Assembly: GCA_025558095.1 (NCBI GenBank)
Contig: JAIVFI010000024.1
Coordinates: 248,001 to 312,000, forward strand
DNA from: Hyaloraphidium curvatum SAG 235-1
Lineage: Eukaryota > Fungi > Monoblepharomycota
Direction: 5' to 3'
DNA: 64,000 nucleotides
Below the pieces are notes generated by a model. That model was not told where the DNA came from. It saw nothing but the letters and a program-made list of their open reading frames with translations, and ran no database searches. Positions 12,354 to 23,396 of the stretch are shown here, piece by piece; position 1 is the stretch's first letter, and every line of letters begins with the position of its first letter. Position numbers and translations under genes: made by a program.

Positions 12354-12888
12354 ATGGGGGACGACCTCCTTGCCCGGATGCTGGCGGCCGCCAAGGGGAA
12401 AGGCCCCGACGACGCGCTCCGGAATATGATCCGGGAAACGGCGCGGGCCACCAACGTGGGCGTTTTTGGACGAATCGCAGCGGGACAAGGTGTGGCAGGG
12501 CTACTTGGACCTTTCCCCGCACCGGAACGTGATAAAGGAGGTGCCGAACGACAGCCCCGAATGGAGGCAATGGGAGCGAATAAGAGAGATTGAAGAGGAG
12601 CATGGGATCGCACCGGGCTGCAATTGGTGCGCCGCGGTCCAGCCGCGCGGCGGGGAGCACTTCAAGCGCTGCACGCGGTGCGGGGTCGCGAGGTACTGCG
12701 GGAAACCGTGCCAGGCGGCGGATTGGCCGGGGCACAAGGCCGAGTGCAGCAGGCCGGCGAACAAGAAGAAGACGTACAGCCCCGGGACGGCGATCTATCC
12801 GTCGCTATTCCTTGCTTTCGTCAGGATGCGAAAGATGGATGCTGCGGAACGGGAGGGCAGGTCTCCTGGACAGGCATCGGGCTCTTGA
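12354..12888 (+). CDS. MYND zinc-finger protein (needs a 25-nt intron or a frameshift at ~12456-12480)
   Basis: CNWC...RCTRCGVARYCGKPCQAADWPGHKAEC is a canonical zf-MYND. The upstream ATG exon lies in a different frame. Confidence 0.65.
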
Positions 12889-13008
12889 TTGGGACGACTC
12901 ATGGGAGTAGTGACCAATGTTCAGACGTTGCGGCTGTCTACAAGAATGCTAAAGCTTGCGATGACGACTCATGTGTCTTCCAATCCAACTTGCTTCGAGG
13001 TTGTCGAT

Positions 13009-13687
13009 TCACTCGATGGTGATGCGCTTGGGCTCCTTCTTCTCTTCCTGCTTCTTGCCGAAGACGAGCTCGAGGACGCCGTTGTTGAAGCTGGTCTTGC
13101 AATCTGCCAGGATGTTGCATGAGTTGAGCTCAGAACCAGGGCAAGCGAAGACCCACCATCGACGTTGAGGTTCTCGGGCAGTCTGAAGGTGCGAGTGAAG
13201 GAGCCGTAGCTGCGCTCGACGACGTGGCGGCTCTCGTTGTCCTCGCGCTTCTCCTCCCTCTTCTCGGCCTGGATGGTCATGAGGTCCTCGTCGTCGCTGA
13301 TCTCGATCTTGACGTCCTTCTTGTCGACGCCGGGCAGGTCCGCGCGCACGATGTACGTCTGCGGCGTCTCGGAAACGTCGACCTTGAAGCCGCGGCCGGC
13401 GAGGAAGCGGTTGCGGATGGCGCCGGGGGTGCGCGCCGCAACCTGCTGCTGGCCGGCGTCGCCGCCCTGGCCTTCCTCGCCGCCCTCGATGGCGCGGGAG
13501 CCGGCAGGGATCGCGGGGGTAGTGCGGCGGCCGCCGAGCGCCTCTTCGATGCGGCGGTCCATGTCTAGAAGGTAAGAATCGTCAGTCGGAGCCGTCGGCG
13601 GTCGCCAGGGGTCAACGCACAGTCCGCCATCGTGAAGGGGTCAAGGAGCCCGGGCTCGAAGAAGGGGTCGCGCATGAACCAGGTCAT
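13009..13687 (-). CDS. Small heat-shock protein (HSP20/alpha-crystallin)
   Basis: Motifs VDVSETPQTYIVRADLPGVDKKDVKI, ERSYGSFTRTFRLPEN, FNNGVLEL and C-terminal I-T-I (IXI motif). Two introns. Confidence 0.95.
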
Positions 13688-13805
13688 GGTGTCGGAAGTC
13701 GAGTTGCTTTCGCGTGAAGCGTGCTTTGGGTGTCCGGAGTTTGCGGTGATTCGACCGGTGGCGGACGCGATTCACGGGCCTCGCCCTTTTATCCCCGCGG
13801 GCGGT

Positions 13806-13820
13806 GTTCCAGAAAGTTCG
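13806..13820. promoter_or_regulatory. Perfect three-unit heat-shock element (nTTCn-nGAAn-nTTCn)
   Basis: gTTCc aGAAa gTTCg lies ~120 bp upstream of the HSP20 ATG. A TATA-like GATAAAAG (minus strand, ~13786-13793) sits between them. Confidence 0.8.
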
Positions 13821-14028
13821 CGCGCGCTCCTCGGGCAGCCAAAGCATTCGATTGCTTTGCCATAGGCTTTATCGGTTACAGACGCATACATTTTCATCGT
13901 TTCTGCAATAGAGGAGACCTCGCCTGGGTAAAGCCTGACGTTCTCGTCCGGCCGCCGCCCCCGAATCACGAAGACGCCTCACCTCAGCTGCTTCCGCGCG
14001 CCGGTCGGAGATTTCGCTGTCCTTCCGC

Positions 14029-16552
14029 TCACGCCTGTTCCTTGGTGGTGTTCGCGTCCCCGTCAGCCCCGTCTTCCCGCTGGTGTTTGGCCTTCTTGCG
14101 CACGTTCCCGCCGTTCCCCGCCGATCCGCCCGCGTCGACCGCCGTCCTCTCCCCGCTGCCGATCTCCCCTCCGGCGTGACTGGAGATGCTCTCGAACGCC
14201 TCCATGCACTCCACGTTGCCGTCGGCGAGGAAACCGGGCCCATCGAGACCCAGGCGATCCGCATCGAACTCGCCCGAACCCCCCGCGTCGCCGTCCTCGA
14301 CCTGCGTCTCCTCCTCGTCGGCCCGGCTCCTCTTCCTCTTCTGGCGCCTGGATGATCCGCCGGATGCCTTCCTGCGGCTCTGCTTCCGCGTGCCGGACCG
14401 CCTGCGCCTCGGAGCAGCGCCGGATCCGGCCGAGCCGTCCGAGTCCTCGTCGTCCTGCTGCCGCAGCTTCCGCGCAGCGTGGGCGTTCGGATTCTTGGCC
14501 TGCAGGGACCGCACGGGTTCATGGGCGGACAAGCATGCGGACGAGCGCGCGGCGACCCACCGTCTTGAGGTGCTTCAGCTCAAGGTTGAGGTAATGCGAC
14601 AGCGCGATGAACTCGGTCACGTCGAACGTGTGGATGGTCCTCCGCTCCCCGCCCGTGGGCAGGTGCTCGATCGCGTGCAGCCGGGGGTGGTACTTGCCGA
14701 AGGTGCGGAGGAGGAAGGCCGGGCTCGCGCTGGCGGGGGAGCCGCGGGGGCGGTTCGCGGCCAGCTGGGCGTTCAGGGGGTCGTTGGTGACCCGGACCTG
14801 CGGGAACGAGACGCCGTCCTTCATCCTGGGCAACTTCAGGGTCAGAGGCGTCGGACGGAGGAGCGATCGCCGGCCCACCACGCCGCTCCGGTCTGCGGGG
14901 ACTTGGGGTGCAGGAAGAAGTGCGCGTCGCTGTCGCCGGGGTCCCTGGCGCCGTTCGCGGCCCACTTGCGGGTCGAGCCGTCGAAGCGGTAGCTCTGGTC
15001 GTCAACAAAGGCGAGGTCTAGGCCGAAGCTGTAGCTCGAGCCCTCCTTGAGGCCCGTCAGGCCGTACGCGGGGACAGGGAACAGGCACCTTTCATCCTGG
15101 TCAGCGCATGCAACGGCGATCGTGCACTTCGGGCGTGCTCACCTGCCCGGACGGCTCACGATGACCTCGTTGACAACCCTGTGGAACGAGTTCCAGATGT
15201 CCCAGTCCAGCAACGTGACGCCTCCGGCCGAGTCCGTCGCCGAGTGCACCAACGTCGCATCCTTGTACTGCTCCGAAACAGCCTTCGGCAAAGAGGTGGC
15301 GGGAGATTGGTTCTCAGGCGTCTTATCGTCCGCCGGCGGTGTTGTCGTCTCCTTCCTGGCGCGGCTCGCAGGCTGGCGGTTCCTCCTGCCCCGCCGCAAA
15401 CGGTACTCGCTGTCGTCCGATCCCAGGGAGTCGCCGTCGCTCTCGAGCCGATTGGCCGACACCGAAGCGAGCATGACGAGCTGGTCGAAGGGCGACGGCG
15501 GCGGCGGTCCGGCGAGCGGCTCCTCGTAGGCGGGAATCGGCGGCTCGGCGGCGACGGCAGGGGTTCTGGTGTTGGTGATCACGAGAGCTCGTGCGGGGTT
15601 TTGCATGGGCACGACTCCCGCCGCAGAGGGTGGAGCGGTTCCGAAGGCGTAGTAGCTCTCCGACGGCACCACGGGCTCCGTCGACGGTGCGATCGCCTCG
15701 TGCCGGACCGGGCTAGCGGGGGCTTCCGTGACGATCACCTGCGGTCCTTCCGTTTCGAGCAGCGCGTCCGATTCGGGAGCCAGTTCGGTGCTGGAAAGGA
15801 TGTTGCGCCTGTCCCATTGCACGTAGGCCGAAGCGGGCCTCGAAAGGTCGGGTTCGTTGCTCGGCATGATCGACGCGGGAGGGGCGGAGGGAGGGGCGTT
15901 TTCGCGCGCACCTCCGCCGAGATAGGCAAGAGCCGAGGTTGCAGTGACCAGTTTGGAGAAGGAAGGGTGCGCGGACAGGTCGAGGGGCATGTTGTCGTAC
16001 GGGCGAGGCAGGGCAGGACGGTGGCGGTACCTGGGCAACGACGCGTCAGCGAGCCTTCGGACGCCACGACCCCTTGACCTACGTGTGCTGCTGCGGCGAG
16101 GAGCTCAGATCTGGAGGCAAAGCGCGGAGGACGGGCGACGAAGGGGCGGGAGCTGCCCGGGAATGGCGATGAGCAAGATCGACACGGCAACCGTACCCGG
16201 ACCCACCCTGGTCGCTCAGGCACGCCCATCTGAAGTCGTACGGGCTCGTTCCGACGCGCGAGGCATTTTCCGACGACAGCGACGGCTGGGCGACGGCGGA
16301 GGACGGCGGGCCCAAAGGGGCTGCGCGTCGCGGCGGCGTTCTCGGCGGCACCAGCGGCGGCCCGATCGGCGGCGGCGCGGCGCTGCGAGTGCCGAAGTGC
16401 GGCAGGCCGAGCGGCAGCGGGAACGCGGGGAGCGGCAGCGCGGCGCGGGGCGGCGGCGCCGAAGGAACCGCAAAGTCGCCAGGCGGCCGCCGCGGCACCT
16501 CCTGGGCGCCGCCCGCCGCGTCGTCGGGCGCGAGGAGATCGCTGAGGTGCAT
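14029..16552 (-). CDS. T-box transcription factor (divergent)
   Basis: Spliced translation: IWNSFHRVVNEVIVSRPGRCLFP...GLKEGSSYSFGLDLAFVDDQSYRFDGSTRKW...LHPKSPQTGAAWMKDGVSFPQVRVTN...LRTFGKYHPRLH...TFDVTEFIALSHYLNLELKHLKTAKNPNA. This follows the T-box consensus end to end. At least 4 introns, with low-complexity N- and C-terminal regions. Confidence 0.9.
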
Positions 16553-16734
16553 GGCGTTGCCCTATCAGGTCCCCCAGGGCGCGCAGGGTCGAGGTGGTGG
16601 GCTCCCGATCGATCGCAACCGTTCGTCGCGCAAGGCATTGCGCGGACCTCCAAATCACCGCTCGACTGCATCCTCCAGCAGAGTCCCCAGGACCCCGCAA
16701 ACTCCCGCAACCGACCTACCCTCCCGCGAGCAGC

Positions 16735-18279
16735 ATGTCGCTGACACCACCGAAGCCGGCGCCGCCGTACCCCTCGGTCAAGGTCGAGCCGCTGGGCGAC
16801 AACGCGTGCGTGTCTGCGTGTCTCCCACAGAGTCCCTGGCACCGCTCATCCCGACCGCAATCCCACTCATCCTCGCTCCTGCGGCACCTCTTGACGCACA
16901 TCGCTACTGGACACGTCCCTGGAAATCAGTGAAGCCGCTGTGGGTTCCGCTTGGGGAACGGTTGAAGCTGTTGACCACGGACAGTTGACCCCGCGCTCCT
17001 CACATGTCGTCCGCTCCCGAACCGGCCTTCATTCCGACTCTGACGCGCTCGCTACATGCTCAGATTTCCGAAGCGGCCAAGAAGTACTCCAACTGGGAGA
17101 AGTTCGGCCGGGAGGACCGCAAGGGCACCGTCAACTTCATCACCGATGCGAAGCGCGTCGAGGCCGCCAAATGCGTCAAGACCGGCAAGTCGATGTGAGC
17201 CGCACCTGCGTCGATCTTGCAAGGGGTCGGCTGACGGTTGCGAAGCTCCTGCGCGCTCCACTTCAACCAGAACGGGCCCCAGACAGGGCTCCACGGCCGC
17301 GTGAACCCGCAGCACCACTTCTTCTTCACGAACCGCGAGACGACGCCCATCCTGCCCCACGGCATCGGCTTTTCGGACGACGGGATCTCAATGTGGGTCG
17401 CTGCCGCGCCAGCCCGCCCCCTGGAACCCATCCGACGCGCCTACCGCAGGGCGCTCCAGTGCAGCACGCAGTGGGACGGCCTGGGCCACTGCTTCGACCA
17501 CGGCGTGGCCTACCAGGGCGTCCCCGCCGACAAGGCCGTCACGTCCATGGGCGACCACTCCACGGGCATCGAAAAGATCTCCGAGGACGTGTGCACGCGC
17601 GGCGTGCTGCTGGACGTCGGCCGCGCCTTTGGGCAGGAGTTCCAGGGGGTGCCCGGGGTCCTGCCGGACGGGTTCGCGATCAAGCCCGAGCACATCCTCG
17701 AGACCATCAAGCGGCAGGGCCCCACGAGCGAGGTGCGCAAGGGGGACATCGTGCTTTTCCGCACGGGCCAGATGGATTGCAGGCTCAAGCACGGCTGGGG
17801 CTCGTACGCGGGGGGCGACGCCCCGGGGCTGTCGTTCGAGACGCTGGGGTGGATCCACGAGAAGGAAATCGCGGGGTTGGCGACGGACACGTGGGGTTTC
17901 GAGGTCCGGCCGAACGAGTTCCCCAGTGCGTGCTACGTCCTCGGCGCTCTTGCCTTCGCTGACCCCGGCCGATGCAGGCTCCTTCCAGCCCTGCCACCAA
18001 GTCGCCATCCCGCACATGGGCCTCCTGATCGGCGAGATCTGGAACCTGTTCGTATCAGCAGCTTTCGTGGATCCCCGTTGCTCCGTTGACACCTTCCCCT
18101 TTGCAGCCAAGCGCTCGCGGAGGACTGCGCCAAGGACGGCGTGTACGAGTTTATGCTCGTTGCTCCGCCGCTCCCAGTGACTGGAGCCGTCGGATCCCCG
18201 CTTAACCGTACGTTCTTGCGCACCCGTCCCATGAATCACAGCTTCACCAATTGTCGTCCCAGCCCTCGCGATCAAGTGA
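16735..18279 (+). CDS. Cyclase-family (PF04199-like, kynurenine formamidase-like) metal-dependent hydrolase
   Basis: Motifs SNWEKFGREDRKGTVNFIT, STQWDGLGH, TRGVLLDV, GDIVLFRTG, APGL, ATDTWGFE, IGEIWNL, GAVGSPLNPLAIK. Multiple introns; 5' exon structure not fully resolved. Confidence 0.88.
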
Positions 18280-18372
18280 ACCGGCGAAGGTCCGCCGTGG
18301 AGCCTGTAGCATGCATCTAGATCGCTAATGACAAAGTCATAACATCGTCATCATACCCCTGGTCCCAGTCGC

Positions 18373-19221
18373 AGTCCCATCAGGGGGCCACCCCAGCGGG
18401 AAAGGCGACCCCCGGTCCTCAGATGGCGACACAGGCACCTGGGCCCGGAATGTTGGTCGCGGGGATTGCAGAGCTGGCGTGCATATGTGTCCTAGCGCCT
18501 CCGCCGTAAACATCACCCGGCGCCACGCATCCCACGCCACCGCCGCCGCAGAATCTCCGCCGCCGCCCGCGGCTCCAGATCCCGTCGCCCGGGGCCGCTG
18601 TGGTCCGCCCTGCAAGCCCCCCCCATGTCCACCGCGCCCCCTCCTCCTCCTCCTCCTTTGTGAACGACCCATTCACCTGCAAGAGCTATGCGGACGCAAG
18701 CGGCATGTGACCGCGGTGTCGAGCTCTGCTCGAAGGCTCCCAAAGCGCCTGAGGCTTTGGTCCCGGTAATGAGCCAACCAACCCATTACGCCGCCTGCCC
18801 TAGCCACCAGCCCACCATCACCCTCCCGCCCCCCCGGCACCGGGTCTGACAACGCTCTACCATCCCAGTTGCTATCGCCGCTGATCGGGCGCCGTGAAGC
18901 CCGGCGCGGGGCCGTCGTCCTCCATATCTCAACGCACAAGGTCGTCTTCAATAACCGGGTCATCGGCCCGAGGTGCGATCATATGTGGATCTAGTCTCCT
19001 TATATCAAAGCCGCCAAAGTAGTCGTCCTTCCCTTGTGTTGGTATCTTTTTCTCTGGGGATACCATCACGAACCCTCCTCCAATAGCTTAGTCCCCCACC
19101 TCCACGTCCTCCCATCCCACCTCGACCGCCCTCTCCGCGTCCCCCGCGCCCAATCCTTCCCTTGTGTCAGTTCATAGTCCCATCAGGGGGCCACCCCAGC
19201 GGGAAAGGCGACCCCCGGTCC
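18373..19221. repeat. 46-bp identical direct repeat (18373-18418 and 19176-19221)
   Basis: agtcccatcagggggccaccccagcgggaaaggcgacccccggtcc occurs twice. Confidence 0.95.
18379..18960 (-). pseudogene. Degenerate tandem duplicate of the 3' part of the adjacent Gly-rich secreted-protein gene
   Basis: APGDVYGGGA..IPATNIPGPGACVAI*GPGVAFPAGVAP* vs intact APGGSYGGGA..IPVTNLPGPGACFVVWGPGVAFPAGVAP*. TGG->TGA premature stop plus upstream frameshifts. Confidence 0.75.
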
Positions 19222-20452
19222 CCAGACCACGAAGCAGGCCCCGGGCCCCGGAAGGTTCGTCACAGGGATCGTTGGCGGGGAGTTCGTGGAGTTGTACCTG
19301 TTGTCCCCCGCGCCTCCGCCGTAGGAACCTCCGGGCGCGGGAGCAATGCCCGTGTTGGAAGTGCCCGGCGCCGCGGTCCCTCCACTCCCGCCGCCCCCGC
19401 CGTTACGGGCAGCGCTCCCGCCGGCCCCGGTCACTGTGGTCGTTCCCGTCCCGCGGATGCCGACGCCGCCCCCGCCCGCCGAATCGCCGCCGCCCCCGGC
19501 GCCTCCCGATCCCGCCGCCGCTGCAGATCCACTGGGCCCGCCGGTGGCTCCGTCCCCGCCTTTCCCCCCATAACCTCCAGCCCCTGAACGAGGCGTAAGC
19601 TCACTGTGATGCCGAAAGCACTGCCGGCTCTGGTCTTACCTCCTCCCCCGCCTCCTTGGTTTCCAGAGGGCCTGTCGCCCCCTTTGCCGCCGGCGCCGCC
19701 AACGCCGTGCACGACAGTTCCCCCCGCCCCGCCGACGCCAGCACCCGCCGCTCCGGCGTTGCTGTTGGTGCCCGCCCTCCCCCCCGTGACAAGGATGTAC
19801 GTCGTCCCCGACGACGCCCCGACAACGGAGCTATTCCCGCCGTTGCCGGTGGTGCTCGCGGGGCCGACCGTGATGGTCAGCTGCTCGGTCGTCGGCACGT
19901 CGTTGGAATACGCAAGAGCGCCCCCTCCCCCACCCCCGCAACGAGCGCTCGAGGCAGACCCAGTCGGACCGGCAAGCCCGCCCCCCGCCGAGACGCACAC
20001 GACCGACACCTTGTCGGTGCAGGCGGGCGGGGTGAAGGTGAAGGTCTCGCCGACCGTGGCGTCGGCCAGCGTGAAGTTGGCCTCCCCCGAGCACGTCGCG
20101 TAGCGCCTGTAGAGCTTCTTCAGCGAGGCGTCGTCCTCGCCGTCGCCGTACTCGACGCAGGCGACCATCCCGTCTTCATCGCCGAACTCGCTGCAGTGCG
20201 CGCGGTGAGGTGCGCCGCGGCACGATCCCGGGCCTCCCACCAGAAGCTGGCGTCGGGACAGTCGGCGCACGAGCGGCGGAGCACGCGGCCCTCGGCGACG
20301 GCGGCGGCGGCGACGGCGGCGGCGGGCACGGGCGATCTGCGGCGGGCGGTCAGCAACGGCGCTGACGGCGGGCGGTCGGCGCACCCGGCGGGCGCGGCGA
20401 GGCACGCGGCGGCGGTGACCAGCAGCGCCGCGAGGAGGGCGGCGCCGCGCAT
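19183..20452 (-). CDS. Secreted protein with a phage-type glycine-rich domain
   Basis: Signal peptide MRGAALLAALLVTAAACLA and dibasic sites (LRR, YRR). Then TFTFTPPACTDKVSVVCVSAGGG...GGGGGGALAYSNDVP...LTITVG...GNGGNSS...GGAGGKGG...YGGGAG...GACFVVWGPGVAFP. Two introns (~20191-20240 and 19584-19639). Confidence 0.8.
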
Positions 20453-21010
20453 CGGGATCCGGCGGGCGGAGGCGGCGGCGCTGCGCCGGGTTGGAAAAGT
20501 CGGGTGCGGCGAGAGCGGGTGCATAACAATGGGCCCAGACGCGGCGGCACGGCCGGCGGCGCACACCACACCAGCCTCGATTACGCGGCTCGGGCCGACA
20601 GCCCTATCGCCAGACAAAATAAAACGCGCCTAGGCGGCGAGCGGTGCAACGGCACGCAACCGCGGATTCGCCCGACAAGTCCGGGTCGCTCGTGGTGGGG
20701 CGCTGGCAAACGAGCGACCAGCTGAACTACTGAATTGCTCCGCCATCCCTTCCTCCCTTGCCACCACTGCATTACTCACTCCCGGTTGCTGTGGAAAGCT
20801 TCTGTCGTGTGCTGTGCCATTGCACTAATCTCGCTGCACCAACAACGTTGCCACGTTGCTTTTTGTGTCCCGCCTTCTCCGCCCCGTCCCGTGCTATCTA
20901 GTGAACCAGCATCGCCCCGCCGCGAACCCTGAACGGCAAGCCCCGCAAGCCCCGCGCCGCTCTTGCCGCTCTCGCCTCTCTAACCCCCTCTCCACCCCCA
21001 AGCGATCACC

Positions 21011-22341
21011 TCACACGACCCTGATCCCCAGCCTGTCCACGACCCACCCCGCGTAGCCGGCGATCTCCGCGATCATCCCCGCCCGCACGTACTCGCGCAT
21101 GAAGATCGGCACCGTCATCGCCATCAGCACCCACATGCACGCGATCTTTGCCGGCCGCGGCAGCGCCCTGGCCAGCCGCCTGCCCCAGGACGTGCGCATC
21201 GCGATCACCTCGAGGTTGGCCATCAGCCCGTGCAGCATGAAGAAGGCCGCGTTGTCGGGCGTGTAGCGGCCGAAGCAGAGCCAGTTCATCCTGGATGCGG
21301 GAGCTTCAGGTTACGGACGTCCGATGGCGGAGAGGGACGCACCAGTCGTGGCCGAGGGCAGAGACGGCAAAGACCATGAGGGAGGAGGCCATCTTGGCCA
21401 GGGAGATGGGGCGAGGGGCCTCCTTGCCCTTGGCCTTGCTCTCGGGAACGGCGGCGGCACCGTTCTGTGCCTCCTTCCCCGCGACGCGGGCGGCCGCGTC
21501 GTCGTGCTTCTTGTGGTTCCCGTGGTGCGAGCCCGTCGCGGGGGCAAAGAGGGTGCGGTGGAAGGTGTTCTTGACCAGGAGGTTCCACTGCGGAGGCGGG
21601 CATCAGCACCGATCGGCGCCTGCCTTTTGTCGGCGGACCCACCCTGCCGCTCCAAAAGTCTCGGGGCGAGGTCGTCAGCGCCGGCGACGCGAACATGGGC
21701 TGCATGGGCCAGCCGGTGAGGAGCGTGCCGATGACGAGGTACAGGTCGAAGGGCAGCGAGAGGAACGGGTAGGGGATCAAGCTGACGAAGACCGAATCGT
21801 AGAGGAACTGCGGCGTGAACATCCTCGCCGTGTAGACCGCCTCGTACACCCTCCGCACCCGCTCCGCGGGGGCCTGCATCAGGGCCAGCCACGCCAGCAG
21901 CGCGAACTTTGCCGGCATCCCCAGGAGCAGCGTCGAGGCCACGCGCGACCACTGCCCCGGGTCGCGCCACCGCCGGACGCCGGCGGGGCCCTTTTCGACG
22001 TCCGTGTTGAACATCATGCTCGAGACGACGAAGGAGAGGGGGAGGGAGCGGGCGTAGGCGGCGCTGCGCACGAGGAGGAAGTACCCGATGCGGAGCGGGA
22101 ACACCCAAGTGCAGCAGACCAGGATCCAGTAGAGGTACATCGAGTACTCGGGCAACGGCATCGAGTTCGGCAGCAGGAGCCGCGGCAGGAGCGGCGCATG
22201 CATCGTGGCGGCGACGAGCACCGCGGCCGCGGCGCCGCGGTAGGCGCGCCGGACGATGTGGCGCGCGGCGAGCGCGGCGAGGAAGGCGACGCTGACGAAG
22301 GCGGAGAAGATGAGGAGGGCGGAGAACAGGGGGTGCGCCAT
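21011..22341 (-). CDS. MBOAT_2-family (wax synthase-like) membrane-bound O-acyltransferase
   Basis: Motifs PMFASPALTTSPRDFWSGRWN, F.VSALGHDW (catalytic His), AFFMLHG. Two introns. Confidence 0.85.
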
Positions 22342-23396
22342 GGTGGCCGGGATGCGGGAGGGTCGCGCAATGCAGTCGTGTCCGGCGAGACGGCGGGGTG
22401 GCGCTTTTGCGGGAGACTCCGGGAGTCGGGGCTTCGAAGAGTGGCTGTGACGGAGTCGGTCGTTCGCATGTGACGTCGTGGGCCTTTCATTGTCGTCTTG
22501 TTGCAGGATTCGGAGCGTTTTTCCACGCCCTTGGTTGGATGTCATTGCGGAGCTCCGCCTCGTCGTGCAGACTCATGCGCGATACGTGCACGGGGTGATG
22601 CTCCAGACTTCGAAGTGTCTCTACCCCATCGGCAGTCAGCCAATGCGCTGGCAAGCGCGGCAGCCGGATGATACCGCAAGAGCCCTGCAAGATACATCAG
22701 GGCAGGACCGAGGGAGTCCGACGAGCAGGACCTTGGGATATCGGGCCGGTGTCGCCACATGAAGATATTCGCCAGCACGCCATGGCGTGACGCATGTACT
22801 GTCTCGAGCGAGTTCTATTGTGACTTCCCGCTACGCAGCTGCTTGCACGGGCCTCTCTTGACGACCGAGTGGCAACCATGAGGACGGCCCGGCTGCCCAC
22901 CGGCAAAGGGCCGACACCCGTGGTGCCGACTTACCGCGAAGTGTTGTCGGACCGTCAAATGCGTCCCACACATGCAAAGTCGAGGCATTGAGGTGGATTT
23001 CCCCCAGTGTGCGAGTTTTGGCGACGAATGCAAATCAGGCGGCCCGTCCTCGGGGAGGATGCCGGGTTTCGGCGGGCGCCGTCCCCGAACAAGGCTTCAT
23101 AGGGCTGTTTGCAGTATACTTCGAAGCGAACGCCTTGCGGAACGGGGTGCGTCGGCGTCCCCGGCCGAAAAGGCGGAGTGTGCCCTGGACCGGTGAGGCT
23201 GGGGTCGACTTCAAAAGGGACCCCGCCCAACACCCGCTGCCCAAACAACAGCTCCGGATCCGCACCGCTCCCAACCCCCACGGCGCCGCCTCCGGACCCG
23301 CCCGCCCGCCGAGGCCGTTTAGCGCCTCGCCACCTGCCCGCCCCGGAGCCGCCGCCCGCCCCGCGCCACCCCCCCGCGCCGCGCCGCCCGCCAAAC

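Noticed and set aside
5670-18279. Kynurenine/NAD gene cluster (QPRT plus cyclase/kynurenine-formamidase-like gene)
   Set aside because: The genes are ~10 kb apart with several unrelated genes between them, and the cyclase is of the STQWDG subtype with unknown substrate.
18373-19221. 46-bp direct repeat as LTR, transposon ends or CRISPR repeat
   Set aside because: Only two copies, and they correspond to the 3' coding end of a duplicated gene. There is no transposase, TSD or spacer array.
22600-23300. Possible structured ncRNA (RNase P/MRP, snRNA) in the MBOAT-CE4 intergenic region
   Set aside because: No conserved CR-I/CR-V or Sm motifs could be identified by eye. An Infernal search would be needed.
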